From a virus (Duplodnaviria; Caudoviricetes), in the IMG/VR virus record IMGVR_UViG_3300010354_000095, positions 1-60,505 of that record: a DNA stretch of 60,505 nt, one strand, 5' to 3'. The translations under genes and the position numbers were made by a program. The notes under the pieces were generated by a model. It saw nothing but the letters and a program-made list of their open reading frames with translations, was not told where the DNA came from and searched no databases. This document shows, piece by piece, positions 44,860-55,400 of this stretch. Numbering within the stretch: the first letter of the stretch is position 1; each line of letters opens with the position of its first letter.

Positions 44860-46320
44860 ATGAAAGAATGCACATTAGAAATAAATGACGAAGTTAATGT
44901 TAAGATCAAAGGGCTAGAACTTGTTGATCGTAAAGAATTAGTTAATCGTTATAAATTTGAAATTCCTGGAGCAAGATATTTGCCAGTGGTTCGCCTTGGT
45001 CGATGGGATGGCAAGGTCAGTTTTTTTCAGCTCAGTGGCAGTACCTATATTAATTTACTACCTGAAATTTTAGTCTATCTGACAGATAGAGGTTATGATA
45101 TTAGTGTTAACGATAGTAGATCATATCGAACTCAATTTGAATTTGATCATATAGTTGAAAATACATTTGAACATTTATCGTGGCCAAAAGGGCACCCTAT
45201 AGCTGGTCAGCCAATCGTACTGAGAGATTATCAAGTTGATGTAGTAAACAAGTTTTTAGAAAATCCTCAATGTATCCAAGAAGTAGCTACAGGTGCAGGT
45301 AAAACTGTAATGACCGCGGCTTTAAGTTATTCAATTAGTAAATATGGTCGTAGTATTGTTATTGTCCCAAACAAAAGTTTGGTTACTCAAACCGAAAAAG
45401 ACTTTGTTAATATGCAACTAGATGTCGGTGTTTATTTTGGTGATCGTAAGGAGATTGGTCGAGCACATACCATTTGTACTTGGCAAAGTTTGAACAATTT
45501 AATGAAGAACACCAAAAATCACGAAGCAGAAATTACTATTCAAGAATTTCTCGAAGATGTTGTTTGTGTAATTGTTGACGAAGTACATATGGCTAAAGCC
45601 GATGCACTTAAAACATTATTAACTGGGCCAATGGCACATATTCCGATTCGTTGGGGATTGACCGGGACAGTACCAAAAGAAAAATATGAATTTATGTCTT
45701 TATTTTGTAGTATCGGTCAAGTTATAGGAAAGCTAAGTGCCAGTGAATTACAAGACCAAGGGGTACTGGCTCAATGCCATGTAAACATTAGACAGTTAGT
45801 TGATCATGCCGAATACAGCAACTATCAAACAGAATTAAAATATCTACTCGAATCAGATAAAAGATTAGATCACATTGCTGATATGATTCTAAAAATTAAA
45901 GAAACCGGTAACACTTTGATCCTAATCGACAGAGTTGCTGCCGGTCAAGAATTAGTCAAGAGATTGGGTGATCGTGCAGTATTTGTTTCAGGAGCAACTA
46001 AAGGAACAAAACGACAAGAGCATTACGATGAAGTGGCCGAGTCAAGTGACAAGATTATTGTAGCGACCTATGGTGTTGCAGCAGTAGGTATTAATATACC
46101 AAGAATTTTTAATTTAATTTTGTTAGAGCCCGGAAAAAGTTTTGTTAGGGTCATACAAAGTATCGGAAGAGGTATTAGGAAAGCCGAAGACAAAGATTTT
46201 GTGCAAATTTGGGATATAACTAGTACCTGTAAATTTGCTAAAAGACATCTAACACAAAGAAAGAATTTTTACAAAGAGGCTAATTACCCCTTTACTCTCG
46301 AAAAGGTAGAATATTTATAA
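44860..46320 (+). CDS. uvsW: SF2 DNA helicase UvsW
   Basis: LRDYQ, ATGAGKT, VPN.SLV.Q, VDEVH, GLTGT, GINIP and QSIGRG.R motifs. Confidence 0.93.
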   Translation: MKECTLEINDEVNVKIKGLELVDRKELVNRYKFEIPGARYLPVVRLGRWDGKVSFFQLSGSTYINLLPEILVYLTDRGYDISVNDSRSYRTQFEFDHIVENTFEHLSWPKGHPIAGQPIVLRDYQVDVVNKFLENPQCIQEVATGAGKTVMTAALSYSISKYGRSIVIVPNKSLVTQTEKDFVNMQLDVGVYFGDRKEIGRAHTICTWQSLNNLMKNTKNHEAEITIQEFLEDVVCVIVDEVHMAKADALKTLLTGPMAHIPIRWGLTGTVPKEKYEFMSLFCSIGQVIGKLSASELQDQGVLAQCHVNIRQLVDHAEYSNYQTELKYLLESDKRLDHIADMILKIKETGNTLILIDRVAAGQELVKRLGDRAVFVSGATKGTKRQEHYDEVAESSDKIIVATYGVAAVGINIPRIFNLILLEPGKSFVRVIQSIGRGIRKAEDKDFVQIWDITSTCKFAKRHLTQRKNFYKEANYPFTLEKVEYL

Positions 46321-46829
46321 TGTCAAGAATTTTGAATTTAGATACAAATAAAGCATTTGATATGAATGAGATCCCAGATGAAATAGATAATCTGCGATTT
46401 TGTGTTTTAGATAATTCGGATCCTAAAAATCCTGATTATTTTTTTATACCGTTAATTTTTCTAGAAAGTTTTAATAGTCCGGCACTGGTATTAAAAATTG
46501 GTAAATGGACTATTAAAATGCCAGTAGATTGGCAATTATTAATCGGAGAGCCAGATCTTGGTGACTTAGAAGTAGTACCTTTAACTAGTATCAACGATCG
46601 AGGATTTAGTGCTTTTTGTTTTAATCCGATTAGTAGTTTCAAACCTGAGTTTCATTTAGTTGAAATCGTTGACATATATCAAGATGTCAAATGGTATTTT
46701 CCAAAGTTAAAGCCTGGGCAAATGCTGGCAGTGCCAGTAGACTCGGATAATGAAAAACCGTTATGTGTTTTTTTCGTCAAAGAAATTAGTAGAGTAAGTG
46801 AAGTAATTGACTTTAGTAAAGCCTGGTAG
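46320..46829 (+). CDS. Hypothetical protein, possible degenerate Hint-fold
   Basis: TAATG-coupled to uvsW; hydrophobic pattern resembles intein blocks A, B and F without the catalytic residues. Confidence 0.5.
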   Translation: MSRILNLDTNKAFDMNEIPDEIDNLRFCVLDNSDPKNPDYFFIPLIFLESFNSPALVLKIGKWTIKMPVDWQLLIGEPDLGDLEVVPLTSINDRGFSAFCFNPISSFKPEFHLVEIVDIYQDVKWYFPKLKPGQMLAVPVDSDNEKPLCVFFVKEISRVSEVIDFSKAW

Positions 46830-46835
46830 TAATAT
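46807..46835 (+). promoter_or_regulatory. Sigma70-type promoter, predicted leaderless transcript
   Basis: TTGACT-17-TAATAT, then 6 nt, then ATG at 46842. Confidence 0.65.
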
Positions 46836-46841
46836 TACATT

Positions 46842-47297
46842 ATGAGCAATTTAGATATTGGCACCGAGATGAGAGCTTTTGATTCGAAGAATCGAAAGTT
46901 TTACGATAACTTAACACCCGAAGAAAAGAAAAAGTTTAGTACTTTTCTTATGCTCAAATGGGGATGCAATGTTGAGGGCAGTCAAGAATTACAGGAATGG
47001 TATTTAAGGGTACACAACGACAGGGTTAATGTTAACTTTTTTGACTTAGGAAGACATCCAAAACTTCAGTGGTTGTTATGTACTACAGTAAGTCCTAATT
47101 TAGGAAACAAAAGGCACTATTGGCTTAAAACAAAAAAACAGGAAAGTCGAGGTAGTTACAAGTTTATCGAATCACAATTTCCTAATCTAAGTCACGAAGA
47201 AATTGAGCTAATGTTGGAATTAAATAGTGTTAACGATTTAAAAGAATTTGCCGAACAATTGGGTTGGGACGATAAAAAAATTAAGTCGGAGTTATGA
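46842..47297 (+). CDS. Clamp loader small subunit-like (T4 gp62-like)
   Basis: KFS.FLM.KW...VN......HPKLQW.L......KRH.WL..KK pattern; replication context. Confidence 0.55.
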   Translation: MSNLDIGTEMRAFDSKNRKFYDNLTPEEKKKFSTFLMLKWGCNVEGSQELQEWYLRVHNDRVNVNFFDLGRHPKLQWLLCTTVSPNLGNKRHYWLKTKKQESRGSYKFIESQFPNLSHEEIELMLELNSVNDLKEFAEQLGWDDKKIKSEL

Positions 47298-48022
47298 TTT
47301 CTCAATTACTAGATAAACAAATTTTTGATGTGAAAGAAAAATACACTTGCCGATTTTGCAATCATTCGTTTGCAAAAGAAATTACTTTAACGAGCCATTT
47401 GTGCGAAAAAAAGCGAAGACATCAACAGGAAAAAGAAATAGGAGTTCAATGGGGGTTACAAGCCTATTTGTTATTTTATAGCAGTACTCAATTAGCTACT
47501 AAAAATAAAAAAACTTATCAAGATTTTACCGAAACACCATACTATACTGCCTTTGTTAAATTTGGTAGATATTGTGTAGATATCAAATGTATTAATTTTT
47601 TGTCTTTCACTAATTGGTTATTAAAAAATAATAAAGGTATTGATCATTGGTGTTCGGATAAATTATATGAAGAATGGTTAACAGATTATCTTCGTAAAGA
47701 AGCAGTGCAGGATGCGTTAGAAAGATCTTTTAAAACAATGACAGATTACTCTAACAACCACACTGAACTAAAAAATGGATATACTGATTATTTTAGATAT
47801 GGTAATGTTAATAGAATATTACACAGTATCTCAAATGGAAAGATAAGCCCTTGGGTAATATTTAATTGTAAATCCGGTATTGAGTTTATCGAAAATCTCA
47901 CTGAAGATCAACTAGGAATGATAATGTCTTGGATTGACCCAGAATATTGGAATAGTAAGTTTCGTGATAGTCATGAAGATGTGCAATGGACCAGAAAGAT
48001 TTTAGAAACAGCCGGATTGTAA
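47294..48022 (+). CDS. Hypothetical protein with N-terminal C2H2/C2HC-like zinc finger
   Basis: YTCRFCNHSFAKEITLTSHLC. Confidence 0.7.
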   Translation: MISQLLDKQIFDVKEKYTCRFCNHSFAKEITLTSHLCEKKRRHQQEKEIGVQWGLQAYLLFYSSTQLATKNKKTYQDFTETPYYTAFVKFGRYCVDIKCINFLSFTNWLLKNNKGIDHWCSDKLYEEWLTDYLRKEAVQDALERSFKTMTDYSNNHTELKNGYTDYFRYGNVNRILHSISNGKISPWVIFNCKSGIEFIENLTEDQLGMIMSWIDPEYWNSKFRDSHEDVQWTRKILETAGL

Positions 48023-48609
48023 AATTTACCAGTGATGTCGATATAGACTTCGCCGACCGACAGCAGATTTTAAATTTGATACCGCATATCGGTGCCTCGA
48101 TTTTAAATGACAAAGGTGAATTTGTTCCCCATAATACCGGGGTGCACATTACTCAAATTCCTCACGACTCTATTAAAAATAGAGCCACAATTGATTATAA
48201 ATTAGCTGAAAAAAGGGGATATATCAAATTAGATTTTCTTAATGTAGGACTATACCAAAAGATTGAAAATTCCGATCATTTGCAGGAATTAATGAATCGA
48301 GAACCGCCGTGGCACAAATTATATGATCCGAATTTTTGTAGTCAGTTGATGCATATTGGGAATCATTATGATACTTTAATTAAAATGCCCGAAGCAGTTA
48401 ATACTATTTTAAAATTAGCTATGTTTTTAGCTATTATACGACCTGCCAAGCGGCATCTAATTGGTTTACCTTGGAATGAAGTAGCTAGTACAGTATGGGA
48501 TAAACCCACTGATGATAGTTATTATTTTAAGAAGAGTCATAGTATTAGTTATGCTCATCTTGTAGTTGTGAATATGAATTTAGCTGATCTTGCGGACCAA
48601 AGTAATTGA
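47986..48609 (+). CDS. Miniature DNA polymerase III alpha (DnaE)-like protein
   Basis: Ordered DnaE motifs SDVDIDF, HNTGV, GYIKLDFL, LAIIRP and YYFKKSHSISYA within 207 aa. Confidence 0.85.
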   Translation: MDQKDFRNSRIVKFTSDVDIDFADRQQILNLIPHIGASILNDKGEFVPHNTGVHITQIPHDSIKNRATIDYKLAEKRGYIKLDFLNVGLYQKIENSDHLQELMNREPPWHKLYDPNFCSQLMHIGNHYDTLIKMPEAVNTILKLAMFLAIIRPAKRHLIGLPWNEVASTVWDKPTDDSYYFKKSHSISYAHLVVVNMNLADLADQSN

Positions 48610-48951
48610 TCTTCTTTTACTTCGTTTAGCAGCCATTTCTTTAAGATTGATATGTGGGCCCATACGGATATCAACATCTTTACTGTTTAGTGTTTTAACA
48701 CAGAATTTAAATTCTATCCATTCGTGTTTTAAGAAAACATTTATGGGTATAATTCTATTACTTTCCCACCACCATTGTTCGCCTAGTTCCAGGAACCTCT
48801 TTTTCTGTTCCGGAATTCTTAGACTGCCATAATCGTAAATTGTGGTAATCTGTTCATCTGAGTTTTGTATAATTCCCAGATACTCGTTACCGCCATAAAC
48901 CAGGTATGTTATAAAAGGGTACCTGTTAAGTAACTGTTCTATTTCTTCCAC
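48580..48951 (-). CDS. Conserved phage hypothetical protein
   Basis: YLGIIQN...YD...FLELG..WWWESNR.IPIN.FLK; minus-strand TATAAATA at 48983-48990. Confidence 0.75.
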   Translation of the reverse strand: MEEIEQLLNRYPFITYLVYGGNEYLGIIQNSDEQITTIYDYGSLRIPEQKKRFLELGEQWWWESNRIIPINVFLKHEWIEFKFCVKTLNSKDVDIRMGPHINLKEMAAKRSKRRSITLVRKIS

Positions 48952-48970
48952 TTTGGTAAATACTAAAATA

Positions 48971-49471
48971 ATGATAACAATCTATTTATATCCGATTACA
49001 GTAGAGGTTCGAATTTGGGATCCTACGATTTTTACTACAAGGAACAGAGAAATGTATGCTAGGCCCGTAACGATTTATCAAGGTATTGATAATAATATAC
49101 AGGTTCGTGTACGAAACCAAGATCAAAAATCGGTAAATATGAATGGGTATATTCTTCAGGCCGACATACAGGATCCTGTAAATTATTTAACTGTAGGGAG
49201 TTTTGCAGTCTTGTTTAGTAATACTTCATCGGGTTTTGGTTCGTTTACGATCGGTAAAGATCTAGTCAACCAATTGGATCAACGAATATACAAATTAACA
49301 TTTAAAGCAATTCGAATAGATACTAACTCTGAAAGACCGGCCTATATGGACGATAATTATAATATCCCTATAGATTTAGTGGTGAGACCCGGTTACTATA
49401 ATGAAATGGGTATCCAGGGCGAAGAAGACCAAGACGATTTCTTAATAATTGACGGTGGGAATGGACAATGA
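48971..49471 (+). CDS. Putative baseplate/fibre-attachment protein (Ig-like)
   Basis: TAAATA at 48957-48962; IYQGIDN.I...V.NQDQK.V beta-rich pattern; ATGA-coupled to the long fibre gene. Confidence 0.55.
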   Translation: MITIYLYPITVEVRIWDPTIFTTRNREMYARPVTIYQGIDNNIQVRVRNQDQKSVNMNGYILQADIQDPVNYLTVGSFAVLFSNTSSGFGSFTIGKDLVNQLDQRIYKLTFKAIRIDTNSERPAYMDDNYNIPIDLVVRPGYYNEMGIQGEEDQDDFLIIDGGNGQ

Positions 49472-52400
49472 CTATTGATAGCCAAGTAATAAATCTAAAC
49501 GCGAGACAAATTCTGCTCAAACGCGGAAACGGTCTCATTATGAGTACCTATGTTGGTCCATTAGGCGAAATAACCTTAGATACGACATTAAATACTCTTC
49601 GAATCCAGGACGGTGAAACTCCTGGGGGTATCGTAATCCCAACTCAATCAAATGTTGTAGTTGAGGTCGCTCAGGCTATTGAAGAAATTGCCGACACAAC
49701 GGTACAAAATTCTATCACTAATGCTTTAATACCGGTTAATGCAAATATTATTGCAGCCAATGCTGCAATAGCGTCTTTGCTTACAACTATTAGTTCATTT
49801 ACTGCTAATGCTCCAGGAAATTTAAATACTTTTGCTGAGATTGCTGCCGCAATCGGAAATGATCCAAATTATTCTTCAAATGTTTTCATATCAATAAGCA
49901 ATACTCAAGCTAATATTAATATTGAAAAGACTCGTGCATTAGCAGCAGAAACACTATTAAGAAATGATTTAGATGCCGAAGTGGCTTCTCGTTTAGCAGC
50001 CGAAGATGCTTTAAGAGATGACATCGAGTACATCTTATCAAATCAACTTAGTTTACCTGCAGAAATCAGTGCTCGTCAGGCCGGCGATGCAGCTTTGCAA
50101 ACAAATATTACTGCCGAAGTCAATGCCAGAACTTCAGCCGATCAACAAATTCAAGCAAATATATCTTTAGAAAAAATTGCTAGAGAAGCCGTCGATTCGT
50201 TAATTTTAACTATTCTTACTAATGAGTCTAACACTAGAGCTAGTGGACTTGCTGGCCTGCAGGCTAATTTGGTTGTTGAAAGTTTGAACAGATCGAATGC
50301 TGACAATAATTTGCAAGCACAAATTAATAGTATTCTTAATAATACTAATCCGGCAGCGTTAGATAGTTTAACCGAAATCGTAGCAGCATTCCAAAGTTCC
50401 GATAGCAATGTTTTATCTACAGCGTATACCTTAAGTACTTTAGCTAATACTAGAATATTAGCTGAAGAAACAGCAAGAATTAATGCCGACACGGTATTAC
50501 AAAATAATATTAATACAGAAGCAACGACTCGAGCCAATGCTGATTCTCAATTACAAGCTAACATTAATGTTGTACAAAACAATCTTAATAACGAAGCTAA
50601 TATTCGTTTAGCAGCCGATACTGCTTTACAAGGTAATATTAATGCTGAAGCTAGTACTCGTTTAGCAGCCGACACTACTTTACAAAATAATATTAATGCC
50701 GAAGCAAGTACTCGTGCAACAAATGATAATATTTTACAAGCCAATATTGATGTTGAAACTGCTGCTAGAATCTCAGCCGACACTACTTTACAAAATAATA
50801 TTAACACGGAAGCAAGTACTCGTGCAACAAATGATAATATTTTACAAGCCAATATTAATGTTGAAACTGCTGCTAGAATCTCAGCTGACACTACTTTACA
50901 AAATAATATTAATGCTGAAGCAAGCACTCGTTCAACGGCCGATACTACTTTACAAAATAATATTAATACCGAAGCTAATACAAGAGAAGTTAATGATTTA
51001 GCACTTTCGAATGCAATTGTTGCTAATATTACTGCCGAACAAATAGCTAGAACTCTTGCTTTAAATTCACTTCATACTTTACTTGATAGTAACATTGCTA
51101 CTGAAAGAGCAGAGCGTATTTCTAGTGACAATAATTTACAACAGCAAATTAACAATGTTATTATTAATACAGATCCGATCGCTCTAAATAGTTTGGCAGA
51201 AATCGTTGTAGCATTCCAGTCTGCAGATTCGAATCTAATCGGTGCAGTTAATTCTATAGCTACTGGTGTAACAAATACTGTTAATGTACTAAGAGACGAA
51301 GTTGAAGTAATACAAACTGCAATTATTGCCGAAATTGAAAGAGCCATTTATGTTGATGATGCAATTGAAGCAAATTTAAATGCAGAAATTTCTAATAGAA
51401 TTGCTGCTGACAATATTTTACAAACTAATATTAATAATGAAGCATCAATAAGACTTAACGAAGATCTTTCATTACAAGCTAATATTGTAGCTGAGCGGAC
51501 AGCTCGTATTGCCGAAGACCTGTCACTACAGGCCAATATCGTAGCCGAACAAACAGCTCGAATTCAAGCAGTTACCAGTGAAGCAGCTACCCGTCTTGCT
51601 GAGGACTTGTCACTACAGGCTAATATTGTATCTGAACAGACAGCTCGAATTCAAGCAGTTAGTAGCGAAGCGGCTACTCGTCTTGCTGAAGATCTATCAC
51701 TACAGGCCAATATCGTAGCTGAACAGACAGCTCGTATTGCTGAAGATCTATCACTACAGGCCAATATTGTAGCTGAACAAACAGCTCGTATTGCTGAGGA
51801 CTTATCGTTACAAGCTAATATTAACTCGGAAGAAAATCTTAGAATTATTAATGATCAGCTAATTCAAAGCAATCTCACTGCTGAAACTGCTGCAAGAATT
51901 TCTAATGATCAAATACTACAAAGTAATATTGATATCGAAACTTTGAATCGAATCTCTTCTGATAATACATTACAATCTAATATCGATGCAGAAGAAGCAG
52001 CTCGAATTCAAGCAGTTAGTAGCGAGGCGGCCACCCGTCTTGCCGAGGACCTGTCATTACAGGCCAATATCGTAGCTGAACAAACAGCTCGTATTGCTGA
52101 GGACCTGTCACTACAGGCCAATATCGTAGCAGAAGAAACAGCTCGAATTCAAGCAGTTACCAGTGAAGCAGCTACCCGTCTTGCTGAGGACTTGTCATTA
52201 CAAGCCAATATTACAGCAGAGGAAACGGCTCGAATTCAAGCAGTTAGTAGCGAGGCGGCCACCCGTCTTGCTGAGGACTTGTCGTTACAAGCCAATATTA
52301 CAGCAGAGGAAACGGCTCGAATTCAAGCGATTAGCAGCGAAGCAGCTACCCGTCTTGCTGAGGACTTGTCGTTACAGGCTAATATTGCAGCAGAGGAAGC

Positions 52401-55400
52401 GGCTCGAATTCAAGCGATTAGCAGCGAAGCGGCTACTCGTCTTGCCGAAGACCTATCACTACAGGCCAATATCGTAGCAGAAGAAACAGCTCGAATCCAA
52501 GCGGTCAGTAATGAAGCATCTGCTCGTCTTGCCGAGGACTTGTCATTGCAAGCCAATATTGTAGCTGAACAGACAGCTCGTATTGCCGAAGACTTGTCAT
52601 TGCAGTCTAACATAGCAACAGAAGAAGCGGCACGAATACAAGCGGTCAGTAATGAAGCATCTACTCGTCTTGCCGAGGATTTGTCATTGCAAGCCAATAT
52701 TGTAGCTGAACAGACAGCTCGTATTGCCGAGGACTTGTCATTGCAAGCCAATATTGTAGCCGAGCAGACTGCTCGTATTGCTGAGGACTTGTCATTACAA
52801 GGAAATATTGTAGCTGAACAGACAGCTCGTATTGCCGAAGACTTGTCATTGCAGTCTAATATTAATAATTTGAATCAAAGTTTGGCGGTAATTGCTAAAA
52901 CTGGATCACATACCGATTTAGTCGATTTTCCGGTATTTTATAGCGATGCCAATACATTAATTGGTTATACTTATCTAAACAATAATTTAGGAAGTAATAG
53001 TATTGGTAATCTCTTTATTTTAGGTAATATTGATAATTTTGATAAAAGTATTACTACACAATATGTCAGAAGTCATAGTACCACCGATTTAGTTTTATCA
53101 CCCGGGGCCGGTAGACAAACTGTAAGTTACGGAAACCTTGTACCTCAATTCAGTAATAGTTATAACCTTGGAACTCCAACTGATTATTGGTCGAACATTT
53201 ACGGAAATAATTTAGTAGCAGCCGGAAATGTTGATGTTTACATGAACTTAAATGTAAATGGTAAAGTATTAGCTAAAGAGTTTGGAAATATTTTACCAAT
53301 CGATGATAATACTCAATATCTTGGTAGTGAAATTAAGAGATGGCACTCGTTGTATGTTGGTCCAGGTAGTATAGATATCGATGGGGTAATTATCGGTTCG
53401 AGTAATGACGGAAAAATTCTTATTTCTGAAGTTAACAATCCACCAAAAGAAATCGCATTTTCGATCGATTTATCGGCTGAAATAAATGCTCGTACTCAAG
53501 CAATCAACGATGAAGCTAATTCTAGAATTGATAGTGATACTCTGTTACAGGCTAATATCGATATAGAAGAAGCAGCTCGAATTCAAGCAGATAGTAGTGA
53601 AGCAGCCGCCCGTCTTGCCGAAGACTTATCATTGCAAGCCAACATTATAGCTGAACAGACAGCTCGTATTGCCGAGGATCTATCACTACAGGCCAACATT
53701 GTAGCTGAACAGACAGCTCGTCTTGCCGAGGACTTGTCATTGCAAGGAAACATTGTAGCTGAACAGACAGCTCGTCTTGCCGAGGACTTGTCATTGCAAG
53801 GAAACATTGTAGCTGAACAGACAGCTCGAATCCAAGCAGTTAGCAGCGAGGCGGCCACCCGTCTTGCTGAGGACTTGTCGTTACAGGCTAATATTGCAGC
53901 AGAGGAAGCGGCTCGAATTCAAGCAGTTAGCAGCGAAGCATCCGCTCGTCTTACTGAGGATCTTTCGTTGCAGGCTAATATCATATCTGAACAAACAGCT
54001 CGAATTCAAGCAGTTAGTAGCGAAGCGGCTACTCGTCTTGCTGAGGACTTATCGCTACAGGCCAATATTGTAGCTGAACAAACAGCTCGTATGCAAGCTA
54101 TTAGTGATGAAATGAGTTCAAGAGTTTCGTTTGATCTTATTTTACAGGCTAATATCGATGCAGAGGAAGCAGCTCGAATCCAAGCAGTTAGTAGTGAAGC
54201 AGCTACTCGTCTTGCCGAAGACTTATCGCTACAAGCCAATATCGATGCAGAGGAAGCAGCTCGAATCCAAGCAGTTAGCAGTGAAGCAGCTACTCGTCTT
54301 GCCGAGGATTTGTCATTGCAGGCTAATATTGCAGCGGAAACAAGTGCAAGAATATCATCAAATTTAACTATTGCTGGAATAATAACTAATTTAGACAGTG
54401 CAGTTAATACCAGAATAGAATCTGCTGTTGGTAGTTCATTTATTACAATTTCTGGAATGATCGAAGACGAGGCAGACGCCAGAGAATTAGCGATCGATAC
54501 AGCCATAGCGACAGAGCAACTGGCTAGACAACAAGCAGATAATAGTTTACAAAGTCAGATTAATAATATTATTACTAATATTGATCCGGTAGCACTAGAT
54601 AGCTTGACAGAAATTGTTGCAGCATTTCAATCAGAAGATAGCGATTTATTAGCAACATTAAACAATTTAAGTAGTAGTTCTTCTTCAAATTTATCAGTTG
54701 AAATTAATAGAGCTATTTCTGCAGAACAAGCATTACAAGCCAATATTGATATTGAAGAAACCGCTCGTATTGCTGAGGACCTGTCATTACAGGCCAATAT
54801 CGTAGCTGAACAAACAGCTCGTATTGCTGAGGACCTGTCATTACAGGCTAATATTATAGCTGAACAAACAGCTCGTGTTGCTGAGGATTTGTCACTACAA
54901 TCTAATATCGTAGCTGAACAAACAGCTCGAATCCAAGCGGTCAGTAATGAAGCATCTACTCGTCTTGCCGAGGACTTGTCATTGCAAGCCAATATCGTAG
55001 CTGAACAAACAGCTCGAATCCAAGCGGTCAGTAATGAAGCATCTACTCGTCTTGCCGAGGACTTGTCATTGCAAGCCAATATCGTAGCTGAACAGACAGC
55101 TCGAATTCAAGCAGTCAGTAATGAAGCAACTACCCGTATTGCCGAGGACTTGTCATTACAAGCCAATATCGTAGCTGAACAAACAGCTCGTATTGCTGAG
55201 GACCTGTCATTACAGGCTAATATCGATATAGAAGAAGCAGCTCGAATTCAAGCAGTTAGCAGCGAAGCAACTACCCGTCTTGCTGAGGATTTATCATTAC
55301 AAGGAAACATTGTAGCTGAACAGACAGCTCGTATTGCTGAGGACCTGTCATTACAGGCCAATATCGTAGCTGAACAAACAGCTCGTATTGCCGAAGACTT

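Noticed and set aside
26658-46320. Inteins or introns in terminase, UvsX or UvsW
   Set aside because: Lengths and motif spacing are normal, with no insertions.
46320-48609. Split-intein trans-splicing of the mini-DnaE using the Hint-like ORF
   Set aside because: The Hint-like ORF lacks a block-A Cys, TxxH and terminal His-Asn, is not fused to any DnaE extein, and the DnaE is internally compacted rather than cut in two.
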